Assembly (NCBI GenBank): GCA_963765675.1 | Contig: CAVXXK010000006.1 | Span: 448,001 to 512,000 of the forward strand | Length of the DNA: 64,000 nucleotides | Reading direction: 5' to 3' | Source: an uncultured delta proteobacterium | GTDB lineage: Bacteria > Desulfobacterota > Binatia > Binatales > Binataceae | Shown: positions 10,071-19,794 of the stretch, in pieces | Position numbering within the stretch: the first letter of the stretch is position 1 | Layout: each line of letters opens with the position of its first letter | Made by a program: the position numbers and the translations under genes | The notes under the pieces: generated by a model | The model's input: the letters and a program-made list of their open reading frames with translations, nothing else | Databases searched by the model: none | What the model was told of the DNA's origin: nothing

Positions 10071-11318
10071 TCAGTTCAACTCCTTGTTGCCATAGCCGAG
10101 GACGCGGCGGGCGACGATCAGCATGTTGATCTGCTGCGTGCCCTCGAAGATGTCGTTGATCTTCGCGTCGCGCATCCATTTCTCGACCAGCAACTTGCGC
10201 GAGTATCCGAGCGGTCCCAATATCTCGACCGCCTTCTGCGTGATCTGCGTGACCACCAGCCCCGCTTTCGCTTTCGCCATCGAGGCCTCGAGGTTGTTGC
10301 GCTTGCCGGTATCGAGCATCCACGCGGCCCGCCAGGTCAACAGGCGCGCGGCCTTGAGCTGCACCTCCATGTCCATGAAGTCGCGCTCGATCGCGGTCAG
10401 GCGCCGCGGCGAGATGCCGTAGCGCACCGGCACCTTGTTCTCGCGCAGGAACTCGCGGATAAAATCCAGCGCGGCGCGTCCTACTCCGATCGCCATCGCG
10501 GCGACGATCGGGCGGGTCGCGTCGAAGGTCGCCATCGCGTCCTTGAAGCCGCCGTCCTTGCGCACCTCCGCGCTTCCGAGCAGATGATCCAGAGGCACGC
10601 GGCAATTGTCGAAGATAATCATCGCGGTGTCCGAGGCGCGGATTCCGAGCTTGTTCTCGACTCGCGAGACCTGCATCCCGGGCGCTCCGCGCTCGACCAC
10701 GAATGATTTTATTCCCGCGCGTCCGGCGCTCTTGTCGACCGTGGCCCACACGACTACGAATCCGTCCGACTTCTCGACTGCGCGCTGTCCACCGGTGCAG
10801 AAAATCTTGGTGCCGTTGATCACCCAATGGTCGCCGTCGCGAGTCGCTGTGGTCTGGATCGCGGCCGAGTCCGAGCCGCACGCGGCCTCGGTTATCGCCA
10901 TCGCGCCCCACTTGGGCTCGCCTTCGCTGAAGCGCTTAAGGAACCGCGCCTTCTGCTCGGAGGTCCCCGCCGCCATCACCGCGGCGCCGCCAAGTCCGCT
11001 GTTCGGAGTCGAAAGGAACAGGCCCGCGTCGCCCCAGCAGAGCTCTTCGGTCGTCGCGCAGGTGAGTAGATTCCGAAGCTTGGGTGCGGAAGGCTTCGCG
11101 TCGCGCGCGCCGTCCTTTTTTTGGTCTCTTTTTATATCTCCGCCCGGCGCGACGTCGGCGAGCGATTGCGCCTGCCACATCGTCTGGAAGAACTGATCGG
11201 GATCCTCGTGCTCGCGTTCGTCGTACTCGCGCGAGATCGGGCGCATCACGTTCTCGGCGACCATGTGGTACATCTTGAGCCGTTCGATCACCTGCGGTTC
11301 GAGTTCAAAATCGATCAT
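10071..11318 (-). CDS. Acyl-CoA dehydrogenase (FadE23-like)
   Basis: AMAITEAACGSD, INGTKIF, KLGIRASDT, EKWMRDAKINDIFEGTQQI. Confidence 0.93.
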   Translation of the reverse strand: MIDFELEPQVIERLKMYHMVAENVMRPISREYDEREHEDPDQFFQTMWQAQSLADVAPGGDIKRDQKKDGARDAKPSAPKLRNLLTCATTEELCWGDAGLFLSTPNSGLGGAAVMAAGTSEQKARFLKRFSEGEPKWGAMAITEAACGSDSAAIQTTATRDGDHWVINGTKIFCTGGQRAVEKSDGFVVVWATVDKSAGRAGIKSFVVERGAPGMQVSRVENKLGIRASDTAMIIFDNCRVPLDHLLGSAEVRKDGGFKDAMATFDATRPIVAAMAIGVGRAALDFIREFLRENKVPVRYGISPRRLTAIERDFMDMEVQLKAARLLTWRAAWMLDTGKRNNLEASMAKAKAGLVVTQITQKAVEILGPLGYSRKLLVEKWMRDAKINDIFEGTQQINMLIVARRVLGYGNKELN

Positions 11319-11350
11319 GATTGATTCTCCGCGCGATTAGTTCCTGCGAG

Positions 11351-12460
11351 TTAAACCGTGGCGACTGCGTCGAGCGCGGAAAATCCGCGCGCGTTGCGAA
11401 ACCACATCTCGACCGGATGCTCCCGGATATAGCCGTGGCCACCCAGAGCCTGCACCGCGTTGTCGGCAACGCGCAGCGCGCTCGCCGCGGCGTAATTTTT
11501 GGCTAGATAACTTTCCTCGAGCGCGTCAGCGCCCTTGTCCAGGTGCGCGGCGGCTTCCCACAACAGCAGCCGGGCAGCGTCGATCTCGATCGCCATATCG
11601 GCGATCATGAACGCGATCGCCTGTTTGGTCGCGATCGGCACGCCGAACGCCTTGCGTTCCTTGGCGTAGTCGCGCGCGTACTCGAACGCCGCGCGCATCA
11701 CGCCCACCGCCATCGCACCCAGCCCGACGCGCGACTCGCTCATCAGGCGCGAGAAATTGATTCCCTTGTCGCCGCCCACGCGCGCGTCGGCGCCGAGCTT
11801 CACGTCTTTGAGCTGGATCTCATAAGTGGCCAGCGCCTTGAGGCCCATGCTCTGTTCGCGCTCGCCGACCGATACTCCTGCCGTGGTGCGCGGCACGATA
11901 AACGCCTCGACGCCGGTAAAGCCCTCGCCCGCTCCGCTTTTCGCGTACACGAGGATCGTCTCCGACTCCGCCGCGATGGGCACCCCGCATTTCACGCCGG
12001 AGAGAATCCAGCTCGCGCCGTCGCGTTTCGCCGTGGTCTGGAGATCGGTCAGACCGAAGTCCCATCGCGGCTCCATCACGGCCGCCGTCGCGGCGACAAA
12101 TTCGGCTGCCGCCAGCGGCATCAAGACTTTGGCTTTCTGCGCCTCGGTACCCATCTCAAGCACCGGATAGGCTAGCAGGCGCGGCGCGAGGCTGTGGATC
12201 CCGATCGCCAGGTCACCGTAGCCGAGCTCTTCGGCGACGATCGCGCCGGTCACGGCGGAACGTTCACCGCCGTCGCCGCCGAAGCTCTCCGGGATCGCGC
12301 CGCGGACCAGGCCGAGCTCCGCGATCTTCGCGATCAGGGCGGCGGGAATCTTTCCGCTCTCGTCGGCGGGACGCGCGGCAGGACGAATCTCTTCGCGCGC
12401 GAACGCGCCGACCAGGTCGCGGATCATCTGCTGTTCTTCGGTCAGCTCGAAGTCGATCAT
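11351..12460 (-). CDS. Acyl-CoA dehydrogenase (FadE24-like partner subunit)
   Basis: ACAD fold motifs (YAKERKAFGVPI, QALGGHGYIREHPVEMWFRNAR); ends without IYEGT. Confidence 0.9.
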   Translation of the reverse strand: MIDFELTEEQQMIRDLVGAFAREEIRPAARPADESGKIPAALIAKIAELGLVRGAIPESFGGDGGERSAVTGAIVAEELGYGDLAIGIHSLAPRLLAYPVLEMGTEAQKAKVLMPLAAAEFVAATAAVMEPRWDFGLTDLQTTAKRDGASWILSGVKCGVPIAAESETILVYAKSGAGEGFTGVEAFIVPRTTAGVSVGEREQSMGLKALATYEIQLKDVKLGADARVGGDKGINFSRLMSESRVGLGAMAVGVMRAAFEYARDYAKERKAFGVPIATKQAIAFMIADMAIEIDAARLLLWEAAAHLDKGADALEESYLAKNYAAASALRVADNAVQALGGHGYIREHPVEMWFRNARGFSALDAVATV

Positions 12461-12503
12461 GCGCTTTGCAAATTCCTCATTTGGAGAATTCTAATCTATT
12501 ACT

Positions 12504-13613
12504 TTAGTTTTTGATTTCGACCGGCGCGCCGCGCCTCGCGGATTCATACGCCGCTTCCACCAGCCGCTGCGCTTTCACGCCTTCGCCGAAGCCCGGATCG
12601 ATCTCGCATGCTCCCCGCAGCCCAGCGATAAAAGTTGCGTCTTCGAGCGCGTATCCGACCGCGAACCAGTCCTTCATCGGCGCGAGATATGGCCGCTCGC
12701 GGAGCAGGATTTCCGAGAAGCGCGTCATCACCTCGATCTCCGCAATCGTTTCTTCGCGCTCAGCATCGCCGCGCTGAACAATGATTGGCCCGGTCGAGTC
12801 GCTGTCGCAAGCGATGAACAGGTTCTCGCAAAAGACCTCGAGGCGCCGGTTGCTTGGCCGATGCGTCACGTGATGCCACACCGAGGTGTGCTGCACCTGA
12901 TGCCCGCCCGCGAATTCGAGCTGGCTCGCGGCGAAGTCTTCGACTCCGGGCGCGCCGTGCAGATTGCGGGTGCGGCAATAGATGCGGTTCACGCGCCCGA
13001 ACATCCAGGTCAGGATGTCAAAGTCGTGGACCGAATGCTCGATCAGCGTGCCGCCGGCCGTTACCGCGGGATCGTTGCGCCACGGACTCGGATGCGCTCC
13101 GCGAATCGGAAAATCCTGATCATCGCGCATCGTGACCGCGATCAACGCGCCCGCTTCCGGCTCACGGATCATCTCGCGGATTACGGCATAGACCGGAGAA
13201 AAGCGCATCACGAGACCGACCTGACTCTGGACGCCCGCCGCTTCGAGTGCGCGATGCATCGCATCGGCGTGGTCCGCGGTCATCGCAAGCGGCTTCTCGC
13301 AGAAGACGTGTTTGCCCGCGCGCGCTGCCGCGATACAGACCTCGCGATGCATCGCGGTGGGAGTGCAGATCCACACCGCGTCGATCGCGGGGTCGTTGAT
13401 AATCTCGTCGGCGGAAGAAAGCGCGTGCGCACCGGGCCATCGCGCTGCCAGGCTCTCGGCCGCGGCGGGCGCGATGTCGGCGACAGCGGTGACGCGCGCG
13501 CTGCCGTCGCTGCGATCGGCGATCTTGCGCAGCATCATCGAGTGAAGGTGCCCGATGAGGCCCGCGCCGATAAGTCCGATGCGCACTTGTCCGGTGATGG
13601 GCTTGGCGATCAT
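12504..13613 (-). CDS. Gfo/Idh/MocA oxidoreductase
   Basis: IGLIGAGLIG, HVFCEKPLA, GGTLIEHSVHDFD. Confidence 0.92.
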   Translation of the reverse strand: MIAKPITGQVRIGLIGAGLIGHLHSMMLRKIADRSDGSARVTAVADIAPAAAESLAARWPGAHALSSADEIINDPAIDAVWICTPTAMHREVCIAAARAGKHVFCEKPLAMTADHADAMHRALEAAGVQSQVGLVMRFSPVYAVIREMIREPEAGALIAVTMRDDQDFPIRGAHPSPWRNDPAVTAGGTLIEHSVHDFDILTWMFGRVNRIYCRTRNLHGAPGVEDFAASQLEFAGGHQVQHTSVWHHVTHRPSNRRLEVFCENLFIACDSDSTGPIIVQRGDAEREETIAEIEVMTRFSEILLRERPYLAPMKDWFAVGYALEDATFIAGLRGACEIDPGFGEGVKAQRLVEAAYESARRGAPVEIKN

Positions 13614-13786
13614 TCCTGCTCTTCGTCCGACTTTTCCATCTCGGCCTGGCGGCGCAGGCGTTCGCGCTCGCGCGGACGATCGTATTTCTTCGGGTCGGCT
13701 TCGACACGCGCGGGCGGCGCCATCGGCTTGCGCAGGCGCGCGATGAGCCGCTTCTTTGCGGGCCGTTTTTTACCTCGCGCCGCCAT
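13610..13786 (-). CDS. Small basic protein (58 aa) with an ArfA-like motif
   Basis: Manual translation MAARGKKRPAKKRLIARLRKPMAPPARVEADPKKYDRPRERERLRRQAEMEKSDEEQE*; fills the gap between pgeF and the oxidoreductase, with an ATGA overlap. Confidence 0.75.
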   Translation of the reverse strand: MAARGKKRPAKKRLIARLRKPMAPPARVEADPKKYDRPRERERLRRQAEMEKSDEEQE

Positions 13787-13802
13787 TTCTTAAACCTTTA
13801 CT

Positions 13803-14603
13803 TTAATCCTGTGCGAATCCAACGAAGCTGAGCTGCAATCCCGTCACCGCGCCGCCGGCCGCACGCCGGGAGAAATATCGGTCGGGAGCGCATCGCGTGC
13901 ACGGACCGACGGACTCGATCGCGTCCGAAGCCACTCCTGCCGCGATCAATTGGTCGCGCACGATCGCGCGTAAATCAAGATAGGCTTTGCCGGGACGTCC
14001 TTCGCGCCGATGATGGGCTGTAGCCGGAATCTCCGCCGCAAAGCGGTCGGCAAGCTCGCGATCGACCTCGAAACAGCAAGGTCCGATCGACGGACCGAGC
14101 GCGGCGCGAATCGAGCCGGAAGCCGCACCGAGCGAGTTCATCGCACGAACGCTCGCTCCCGCGATTCCCGCGATCACACCACGCCATCCCGCGTGGATCG
14201 CCCCGCACACATGCTCGCGCGGAGCGCTCAGCAGGACCGGAACGCAGTCGGCCGTGAAAATTCCGAGGACGATACCCGCCTCCCGCGTGACCATCGCGTC
14301 GGCACGAGGCCGATCGTCGCAATTTGCACGCGTGACGACTAAGACTTCGTTGCCATGCACCTGGCGCAGGCGGGCGAAGGTCAGTTCCGGTGGAAGCGAG
14401 GCGCGCAGGCGGCGCCAATTTTCGGCGACGTGCGCCGGATCGTCGCCAACTAGCTCCGACAGGTTCATCGAGGCGAATGCGCCGGTGCTGACCCCGCCCT
14501 CGCGGCCCAGAAATCCGGCGGCGATCCCTGCCTCGCGCCACGGCTCGAGTCTCGGAATGGCGAAAATTTCTCGCGCGGATAATGTCTCTGAGGGATTTTG
14601 CAC
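13803..14603 (-). CDS. pgeF: Peptidoglycan editing factor PgeF / YfiH (purine nucleoside phosphorylase-like)
   Basis: GGVSTGAFASMNL, QVHG, TADCVPVLL, HAGWRG, GPSIGPCCFEV, CTRC..YFSRR; GTG start inferred. Confidence 0.93.
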   Translation of the reverse strand: MQNPSETLSAREIFAIPRLEPWREAGIAAGFLGREGGVSTGAFASMNLSELVGDDPAHVAENWRRLRASLPPELTFARLRQVHGNEVLVVTRANCDDRPRADAMVTREAGIVLGIFTADCVPVLLSAPREHVCGAIHAGWRGVIAGIAGASVRAMNSLGAASGSIRAALGPSIGPCCFEVDRELADRFAAEIPATAHHRREGRPGKAYLDLRAIVRDQLIAAGVASDAIESVGPCTRCAPDRYFSRRAAGGAVTGLQLSFVGFAQD

Positions 14604-14678
14604 GTGCGTGGGTTGTTGGTTCAGCGAAGGATAACCTATAATTCTGATCTTTGGAATTTGCGCTTTTGGAGCGCCTAT

Positions 14679-14900
14679 ATGGACGGCTATCAATACCTTA
14701 TCGCCCGCAACCGCCTGATGCAGTCGCTCGAGGACGCGATTGGCCGCCTCGGCGCCGAACCGTCGCCCGATCGCGACGCCGAGAAGCGCCGCCTCGAAGC
14801 GGTGTTCGACGTGCAACTGCGCGAGCTGTATTCGCAGATGTCCGATGAGTACCCCGGCGAGCGCAAGAAGAAAGCCCGGCCGCTTGTCGATCCTACCTGA
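14679..14900 (+). CDS. Small hypothetical protein upstream of the UvrA-like gene
   Basis: GGAG RBS; MDGYQYLIARNRLMQSLEDAIGRL..., helical, normal codon usage. Confidence 0.65.
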   Translation: MDGYQYLIARNRLMQSLEDAIGRLGAEPSPDRDAEKRRLEAVFDVQLRELYSQMSDEYPGERKKKARPLVDPT

Positions 14901-14915
14901 ACTCTGGAAATCAGC

Positions 14916-17807
14916 TTGGACCGCTCGATCAGTATCCGCGGCGCGCGCACTCACAACCTGGCGAATATTTCGCTCGAACTTCCGCGCGACAAGCTCACCG
15001 TGGTTACGGGAGTTTCGGGCTCGGGCAAGTCGAGCCTGGTGTTCGACACGCTCTATGCCGAGGGCCAGCGTCGCTACGTGCAGAGCCTGTCGACATATGC
15101 GCGGCTGTTCCTGGCGCGGATGGACCGGCCCGACGTCGATTCGATCACGCAGATTCCGCCCGCGCTTGCGCTGCGGCAAAAGAACACGATCAAGAACGCG
15201 CGCTCGACGGTCGGCACCGTCACGGAGATCAGCGACTACCTGCGGCTGCTGTTCGCGACCGTCGGCCGCACGATTTGCCCGCATTGCAATCTGGAAGTCG
15301 CGCGCGATTCCGTGCAGAGCGCATGCGCGCGCGTGCTCGACGCCCCCGGGATGTACCTGTTCCTCGCGCCGTTCGACGCCGGATCGCGCACGCTGGCCGA
15401 CGCGGCGAATTATCTGATCCAGAACGGGTACCATCGCATTTTCGATTCCGGCGCGATCGCGGAGACGGTCGAGTTCGCCGAAGGACGGCGCACGCTCGAC
15501 AGCCCCGACGTCGCGCTCACGGTAGTCGTCGATCGGCTGTCGGTCACCGGCGCGGCCGAGTCGGAACGCGTGCGCGAGGCGCTGGAGAAATCTTTCTATC
15601 TTGGCGGCGGACGCGCGCGAGTGGTCCGCGTCGAGCGCGACAACGGCGACATGCGCTCGGTCGCGAGCTTCGATTTCGACCGCCGGTTCAACTGCTCGAA
15701 ATGCGGCCGTTCCTACCCGGAGCCAACACCTGCCTTGTTCTCGTCCAACAGTCCGATAGGAGCGTGTCCCGAATGCGAGGGCTTCGGCCGCACCGTCGAG
15801 CTCGATCTCGAGAAGGTGATTCCGAATCCGAATCTGTCGCTGCGCCAGGGATTGATCGCGCCGTGGCGCACGCCGGCCTATCGCGAGATGAACGAGTGGA
15901 TGCTGAAGCTGGCGAGACGGCGCAAGGTTCGCACCGCGGTTTCGTTTCGCGAGATGAATGCCGAAGAGCGCGGATGGCTGATGAACGGCGACGAGGGTCC
16001 GCGCGAAAAATGGGATCCGGAGAAATGGCCCGGCGTGCTCGGATTCTTCAAATGGCTCGAAGGGCGGCGCTACAAGACTCACGTCCGGATTCTGCTCGCG
16101 AAGTATCGCCGCTTCGTCACCTGCCCCGCGTGCGCAGGCGCCAAGCTCAAGGCCGAGGCGCTGAACGTGAAGGTCGGTGACAGCTCGATCGCCGACGTCG
16201 GCCGGCTCGCGGTGCGCGACCTCGGCGGATGGCTCGGCGAAATCGCGCGCGGCAAGCGCGCCGCCACGCGCGCCGCGGTCGTGATGCGCGAGTTGCGCAA
16301 CCGCATCAATTATTTGACCGAGGTCGGCTTGGGCTACCTGACGCTCGAACGGCAGGCGCGCACACTCTCGGGCGGGGAGGCGCAGCGAATTCATCTGGCG
16401 AGTGCGCTCGGCTCGATCCTGATCGGCACGCTCTACGCGCTCGACGAGCCGACCGTTGGACTCCACGCCAGCGACGCGCGCCGCCTGCTCGCCGTGCTGC
16501 GGCATCTGCGCGACTTCGGCAACACGGTGGTGGTCGTCGAGCATGACGCAGCAATTATCGAGGGCGCCGACTTCGTGGTCGAGCTTGGACCCGGCGGCGG
16601 GAGTGAAGGCGGCCGCCTGATTCATGCGGGGGCTCCCGCGGGCGTGAAGCTCGCGAGCATGGCGTCGTCAGCCGGGCGCGTCCTGCTGATGCGCACGATC
16701 GCGCGCGAGCGGCGCTTCTCGCGGCGCGACCCCGCGATCCGCGTGCGCGGAGCGCGCGAGCACAATCTGGCGGGCGTCGACGCGATGATCCCGCTCGGGG
16801 CGATGACCTGCGTCACCGGAGTTTCGGGCTCGGGCAAATCCTCGCTGGTCGAGGATGTGATCTACAACAACTGGCTGCGGCGCAGTGGGCAATCGACGGA
16901 GGCCGGCGCATGCGATCGGATCGAAGGCTTTGAGCAGATCGGCGAGATGGTGCATATGGGGCAGGAGCTGCCGACGCGCTCGATGCGCTCGAATCCGGCG
17001 ACCTATCTGAAAATCTACGACGAGATCCGCAAACTGTTCGCGGCCTCCGCCGAGGCGCGGCGGCTCGGAATCAAGCCGCGCGACTTCTCGTTCAACGTCG
17101 AGGGGGGACGCTGCGAAAAATGTTCCGGCACCGGCACCGTCACGATCGAGATGCACTTCATGGCCGACCTCGAGGTGAAGTGCGACGTATGCGACGGACG
17201 CCGCTTCCAGAGCCACATTCTCGCGATCAAGTACAACAGGCTCAACATCGACCAGGTGCTCGACCTTACCGTCGATCAGGCGCGCGGCTTTTTCAGCGGC
17301 CATCCGGGAATCGTAAAACGGCTCGATGCGCTTGCCTCGGTCGGGCTCGGCTACCTGAGGATGGGGCAGACGACCTCGACTCTGTCGGGCGGTGAGGCCC
17401 AGCGGCTCAAGCTCGCGCGCTTTCTGCTGGTGGATCTCGAGCCCGCTCCGGTTAGTGCGCAAGGCAAGCGGCTGCCCCGGATGTTCCTGCTCGACGAACC
17501 GACAACCGGGCTGAGCGCGTCCGACGTGCGCCGCCTTTTGCGGGTGCTCTCGCGCCTGACGGCGGAAGGAAACACGCTGGTGGTAATCGAGCATAACCTC
17601 GAGATGATCGCGCATGCCGACTACGTGATCGATCTAGGTCCGGGCGGTGGTGACGAGGGTGGCCGAATAGTAGCGGCGGGTTCACCACTGAAGATCGCGG
17701 CGTCCGAGAAATCAGTCACCGGCCGCGAGCTGCGCCGTTTGTTTGGACTTCCAATAAACGCAAGGCGTGGAGCAGTCCGCACCGCAATCAGCGCAGTCCA
17801 GGCCTAG
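14916..17807 (+). CDS. uvrA: UvrA-family ABC ATPase (likely a secondary UvrA paralog)
   Basis: IRGARTHNL, two GVSGSGKSS, two LSGGEAQR and CxxC zinc fingers. Confidence 0.9.
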   Translation: MDRSISIRGARTHNLANISLELPRDKLTVVTGVSGSGKSSLVFDTLYAEGQRRYVQSLSTYARLFLARMDRPDVDSITQIPPALALRQKNTIKNARSTVGTVTEISDYLRLLFATVGRTICPHCNLEVARDSVQSACARVLDAPGMYLFLAPFDAGSRTLADAANYLIQNGYHRIFDSGAIAETVEFAEGRRTLDSPDVALTVVVDRLSVTGAAESERVREALEKSFYLGGGRARVVRVERDNGDMRSVASFDFDRRFNCSKCGRSYPEPTPALFSSNSPIGACPECEGFGRTVELDLEKVIPNPNLSLRQGLIAPWRTPAYREMNEWMLKLARRRKVRTAVSFREMNAEERGWLMNGDEGPREKWDPEKWPGVLGFFKWLEGRRYKTHVRILLAKYRRFVTCPACAGAKLKAEALNVKVGDSSIADVGRLAVRDLGGWLGEIARGKRAATRAAVVMRELRNRINYLTEVGLGYLTLERQARTLSGGEAQRIHLASALGSILIGTLYALDEPTVGLHASDARRLLAVLRHLRDFGNTVVVVEHDAAIIEGADFVVELGPGGGSEGGRLIHAGAPAGVKLASMASSAGRVLLMRTIARERRFSRRDPAIRVRGAREHNLAGVDAMIPLGAMTCVTGVSGSGKSSLVEDVIYNNWLRRSGQSTEAGACDRIEGFEQIGEMVHMGQELPTRSMRSNPATYLKIYDEIRKLFAASAEARRLGIKPRDFSFNVEGGRCEKCSGTGTVTIEMHFMADLEVKCDVCDGRRFQSHILAIKYNRLNIDQVLDLTVDQARGFFSGHPGIVKRLDALASVGLGYLRMGQTTSTLSGGEAQRLKLARFLLVDLEPAPVSAQGKRLPRMFLLDEPTTGLSASDVRRLLRVLSRLTAEGNTLVVIEHNLEMIAHADYVIDLGPGGGDEGGRIVAAGSPLKIAASEKSVTGRELRRLFGLPINARRGAVRTAISAVQA

Positions 17808-17863
17808 CGCGGCGCTCGCGGGCGCACGACGCGATATGTCAGACTGAGCATGGAGATCGATCG

Positions 17864-18043
17864 ATGACGATTGCTCGAAAGCTCAAATCCGAGCGCGGGG
17901 CTACGCAGGTCGGGTTCACTGATGCGTTAGTCGCCGCGATCCTGCTCGGCATCCTCCTGTTCGTCGCACATCTTCAGTTCGCGACTTATAACTCCGCGCA
18001 TACGGACGCAGCGACCTCCGTGCCGGCGACGGTGTCGCACTGA
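17864..18043 (+). CDS. Small single-pass membrane protein (59 aa) with a pilin-like leader
   Basis: Manual translation MTIARKLKSERGATQVGFTDALVAAILLGILLFVAHLQFATYNSAHTDAATSVPATVSH*; GGAG RBS; stops 3 nt before RluA. Confidence 0.6.
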   Translation: MTIARKLKSERGATQVGFTDALVAAILLGILLFVAHLQFATYNSAHTDAATSVPATVSH

Positions 18044-18046
18044 TCC

Positions 18047-18955
18047 GTGGACCCTCCGGCGAGCGAACGGCTCGATCACTATCTCGTGCGTCTGGGCTTT
18101 GCGCCGTCGCGGCGCGCCGCGCGGGCGATCGTCGAGCGCGGGAACGTCCGAATCAACGGACGGCGATGCGTCAAGAGCGCGATCGTCGCGCCGAGCGATA
18201 CCGTCGAGGTGGCGGAGCTTCCCGCCGCGATTCCGATCACGCCGAATCCGGATCTGAAACTCGAAGTGCTTTACAGCGACGCGGCGATGCTCGTAGTCGC
18301 GAAGCCGGGCGGCGTCGCCTGTCATCCGCTCCGCCCCGGAGAATCCGAAACGGTGATGAACGCCGTCGTCGCGCGATTTCCCGAGTGCGCTACGCTTGGC
18401 GACAAGCCGCTCGAGGGCGGATTGGTGCATCGCCTCGACAACGGAACCTCGGGTGCGCTGATCGTTGCGCGGACGGCGGATGCGCTCACCGCACTGCGCG
18501 CGGCGATCAAATCGGGAGCGGTCGTGCGCCGCTACCAGGCGCTGGTTGCGGGTCGCCTCGACCACCCGCTCGATCTGGATCGCAGGATCGCGCACCATCC
18601 GAAGAATCCGCGCAAGATGATTATCGGCGATCCTGAGAGCCTCGATCGCAGGCGTCTCGGACGCGCGGCGGGCACGCACGCCGAGCCGCTACGTCGCGTC
18701 GGCGCCGGATGGACGCTGGTCGCGGTGACGCCGCGGACTGGCAGCCGCCACCAGATTCGCGTGCATCTGGCCGACGCGGGATTTCCAATCGTCGGCGACA
18801 CGCTGTACGGCGGACCCGAGGCGCCCGAGCTCGCGCGCGGCCGCTTCTGGCTGCATCTGTTGACGCTCGCGCTCGATTCTCCGGCGGCAGGACCGATCAG
18901 GGTGACAGCGCCGCTTGCGGCCGATCTGACGGCGCTGATTGGCGCGCGCGACTAA
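18047..18955 (+). CDS. RluA/RluD-family pseudouridine synthase with S4 domain
   Basis: RLDHYL S4 domain, VHRLDNGTSG, TGSRHQIRVHL, PIVGDTLYG. Confidence 0.93.
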   Translation: MDPPASERLDHYLVRLGFAPSRRAARAIVERGNVRINGRRCVKSAIVAPSDTVEVAELPAAIPITPNPDLKLEVLYSDAAMLVVAKPGGVACHPLRPGESETVMNAVVARFPECATLGDKPLEGGLVHRLDNGTSGALIVARTADALTALRAAIKSGAVVRRYQALVAGRLDHPLDLDRRIAHHPKNPRKMIIGDPESLDRRRLGRAAGTHAEPLRRVGAGWTLVAVTPRTGSRHQIRVHLADAGFPIVGDTLYGGPEAPELARGRFWLHLLTLALDSPAAGPIRVTAPLAADLTALIGARD

Positions 18956-19004
18956 CCGCGCCCTTGCGCGTCTCGCCTACCGAATCACTGCGCGCAGAGT
19001 TCGC

Positions 19005-19583
19005 TCAGTTGCAGGCGCATCGCATGCACTGCGTTGGAGCCTGTTCCCGGAGATTATTCGCTATCGGCTGATCCGGGTACTGATTGCCAGTCTGCGTCGT
19101 AACCTGTCCCGGCGGAAACGAGTACAGTCCGCCGGGTGGCTGAGCGGGAGCAGGCGCGAAAGAGTTGGCGCTCGGAGGGTTGATGAAAGCCGATAGCGCA
19201 TGACCGTTGAGCTTGTACGATTGGCACTGCGCGCTCGCAGCCCGGCTCGCGAGGACGTAACTGCTCGAAGCGACAACGCCGGCCCACTGCGTGGAATATC
19301 CCGGCCCCGAGCAGGTGCATCGGAATGATCGGGGCGTGGCGGCGGCGGCTGCGGCGAGCACGTTGGTCGATCCGGGCGCAGGCGCGAGTTGCGGAATCGC
19401 GCCGATCGTCGATAGCGCCTGCGGCGCGCCCGGAGCCGGCGGCGGAGTCAGCGGAACCGGAGTGGCGGGACCACCGGTCACGACCTGACCAAACACGCGG
19501 GCAGAGTATCTTGACTCCGGTATCGCGAGAACAAAAATCTCAATGACGATGAGTGCCGCGATTGCAAACTTGAAAACGCGCAT
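19005..19583 (-). CDS. Secreted/membrane-anchored Pro-rich, Cys-motif hypothetical protein
   Basis: N-terminal hydrophobic helix; FRCTCSG...AQC...CMRCACN; GAGG RBS. Confidence 0.7.
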   Translation of the reverse strand: MRVFKFAIAALIVIEIFVLAIPESRYSARVFGQVVTGGPATPVPLTPPPAPGAPQALSTIGAIPQLAPAPGSTNVLAAAAAATPRSFRCTCSGPGYSTQWAGVVASSSYVLASRAASAQCQSYKLNGHALSAFINPPSANSFAPAPAQPPGGLYSFPPGQVTTQTGNQYPDQPIANNLREQAPTQCMRCACN

Positions 19584-19794
19584 GTCGCCTCTCTACCGGG
19601 CCAGCCGCTATCGCGCGCATCGGCGCAAGACAAGGGCGGCGGCCTTGGCTATAATCGCGACCCAATTGGCGCGGTGCAAGCGCCGCGTGGCGAAGCCCGA
19701 AAGATTTTTGCGTTTCCCGTCCAGGCGAGCCGGTAATTTCGGCCGCGGGAATCACGATCCGATGACGTGCGACAAGTAAGGAGGTTCCGGCGAG

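Noticed and set aside
9211-10911. 566-aa ORF
   Set aside because: The N-terminal half is an alternative frame inside the ACAD gene; the ThuA-like protein starts at 10038.
13803-16625. 940-aa ORF suggesting a large PgeF fusion
   Set aside because: Only the last ~266 aa are PgeF; the rest is stop-free antisense of the UvrA-like gene in GC-rich DNA.
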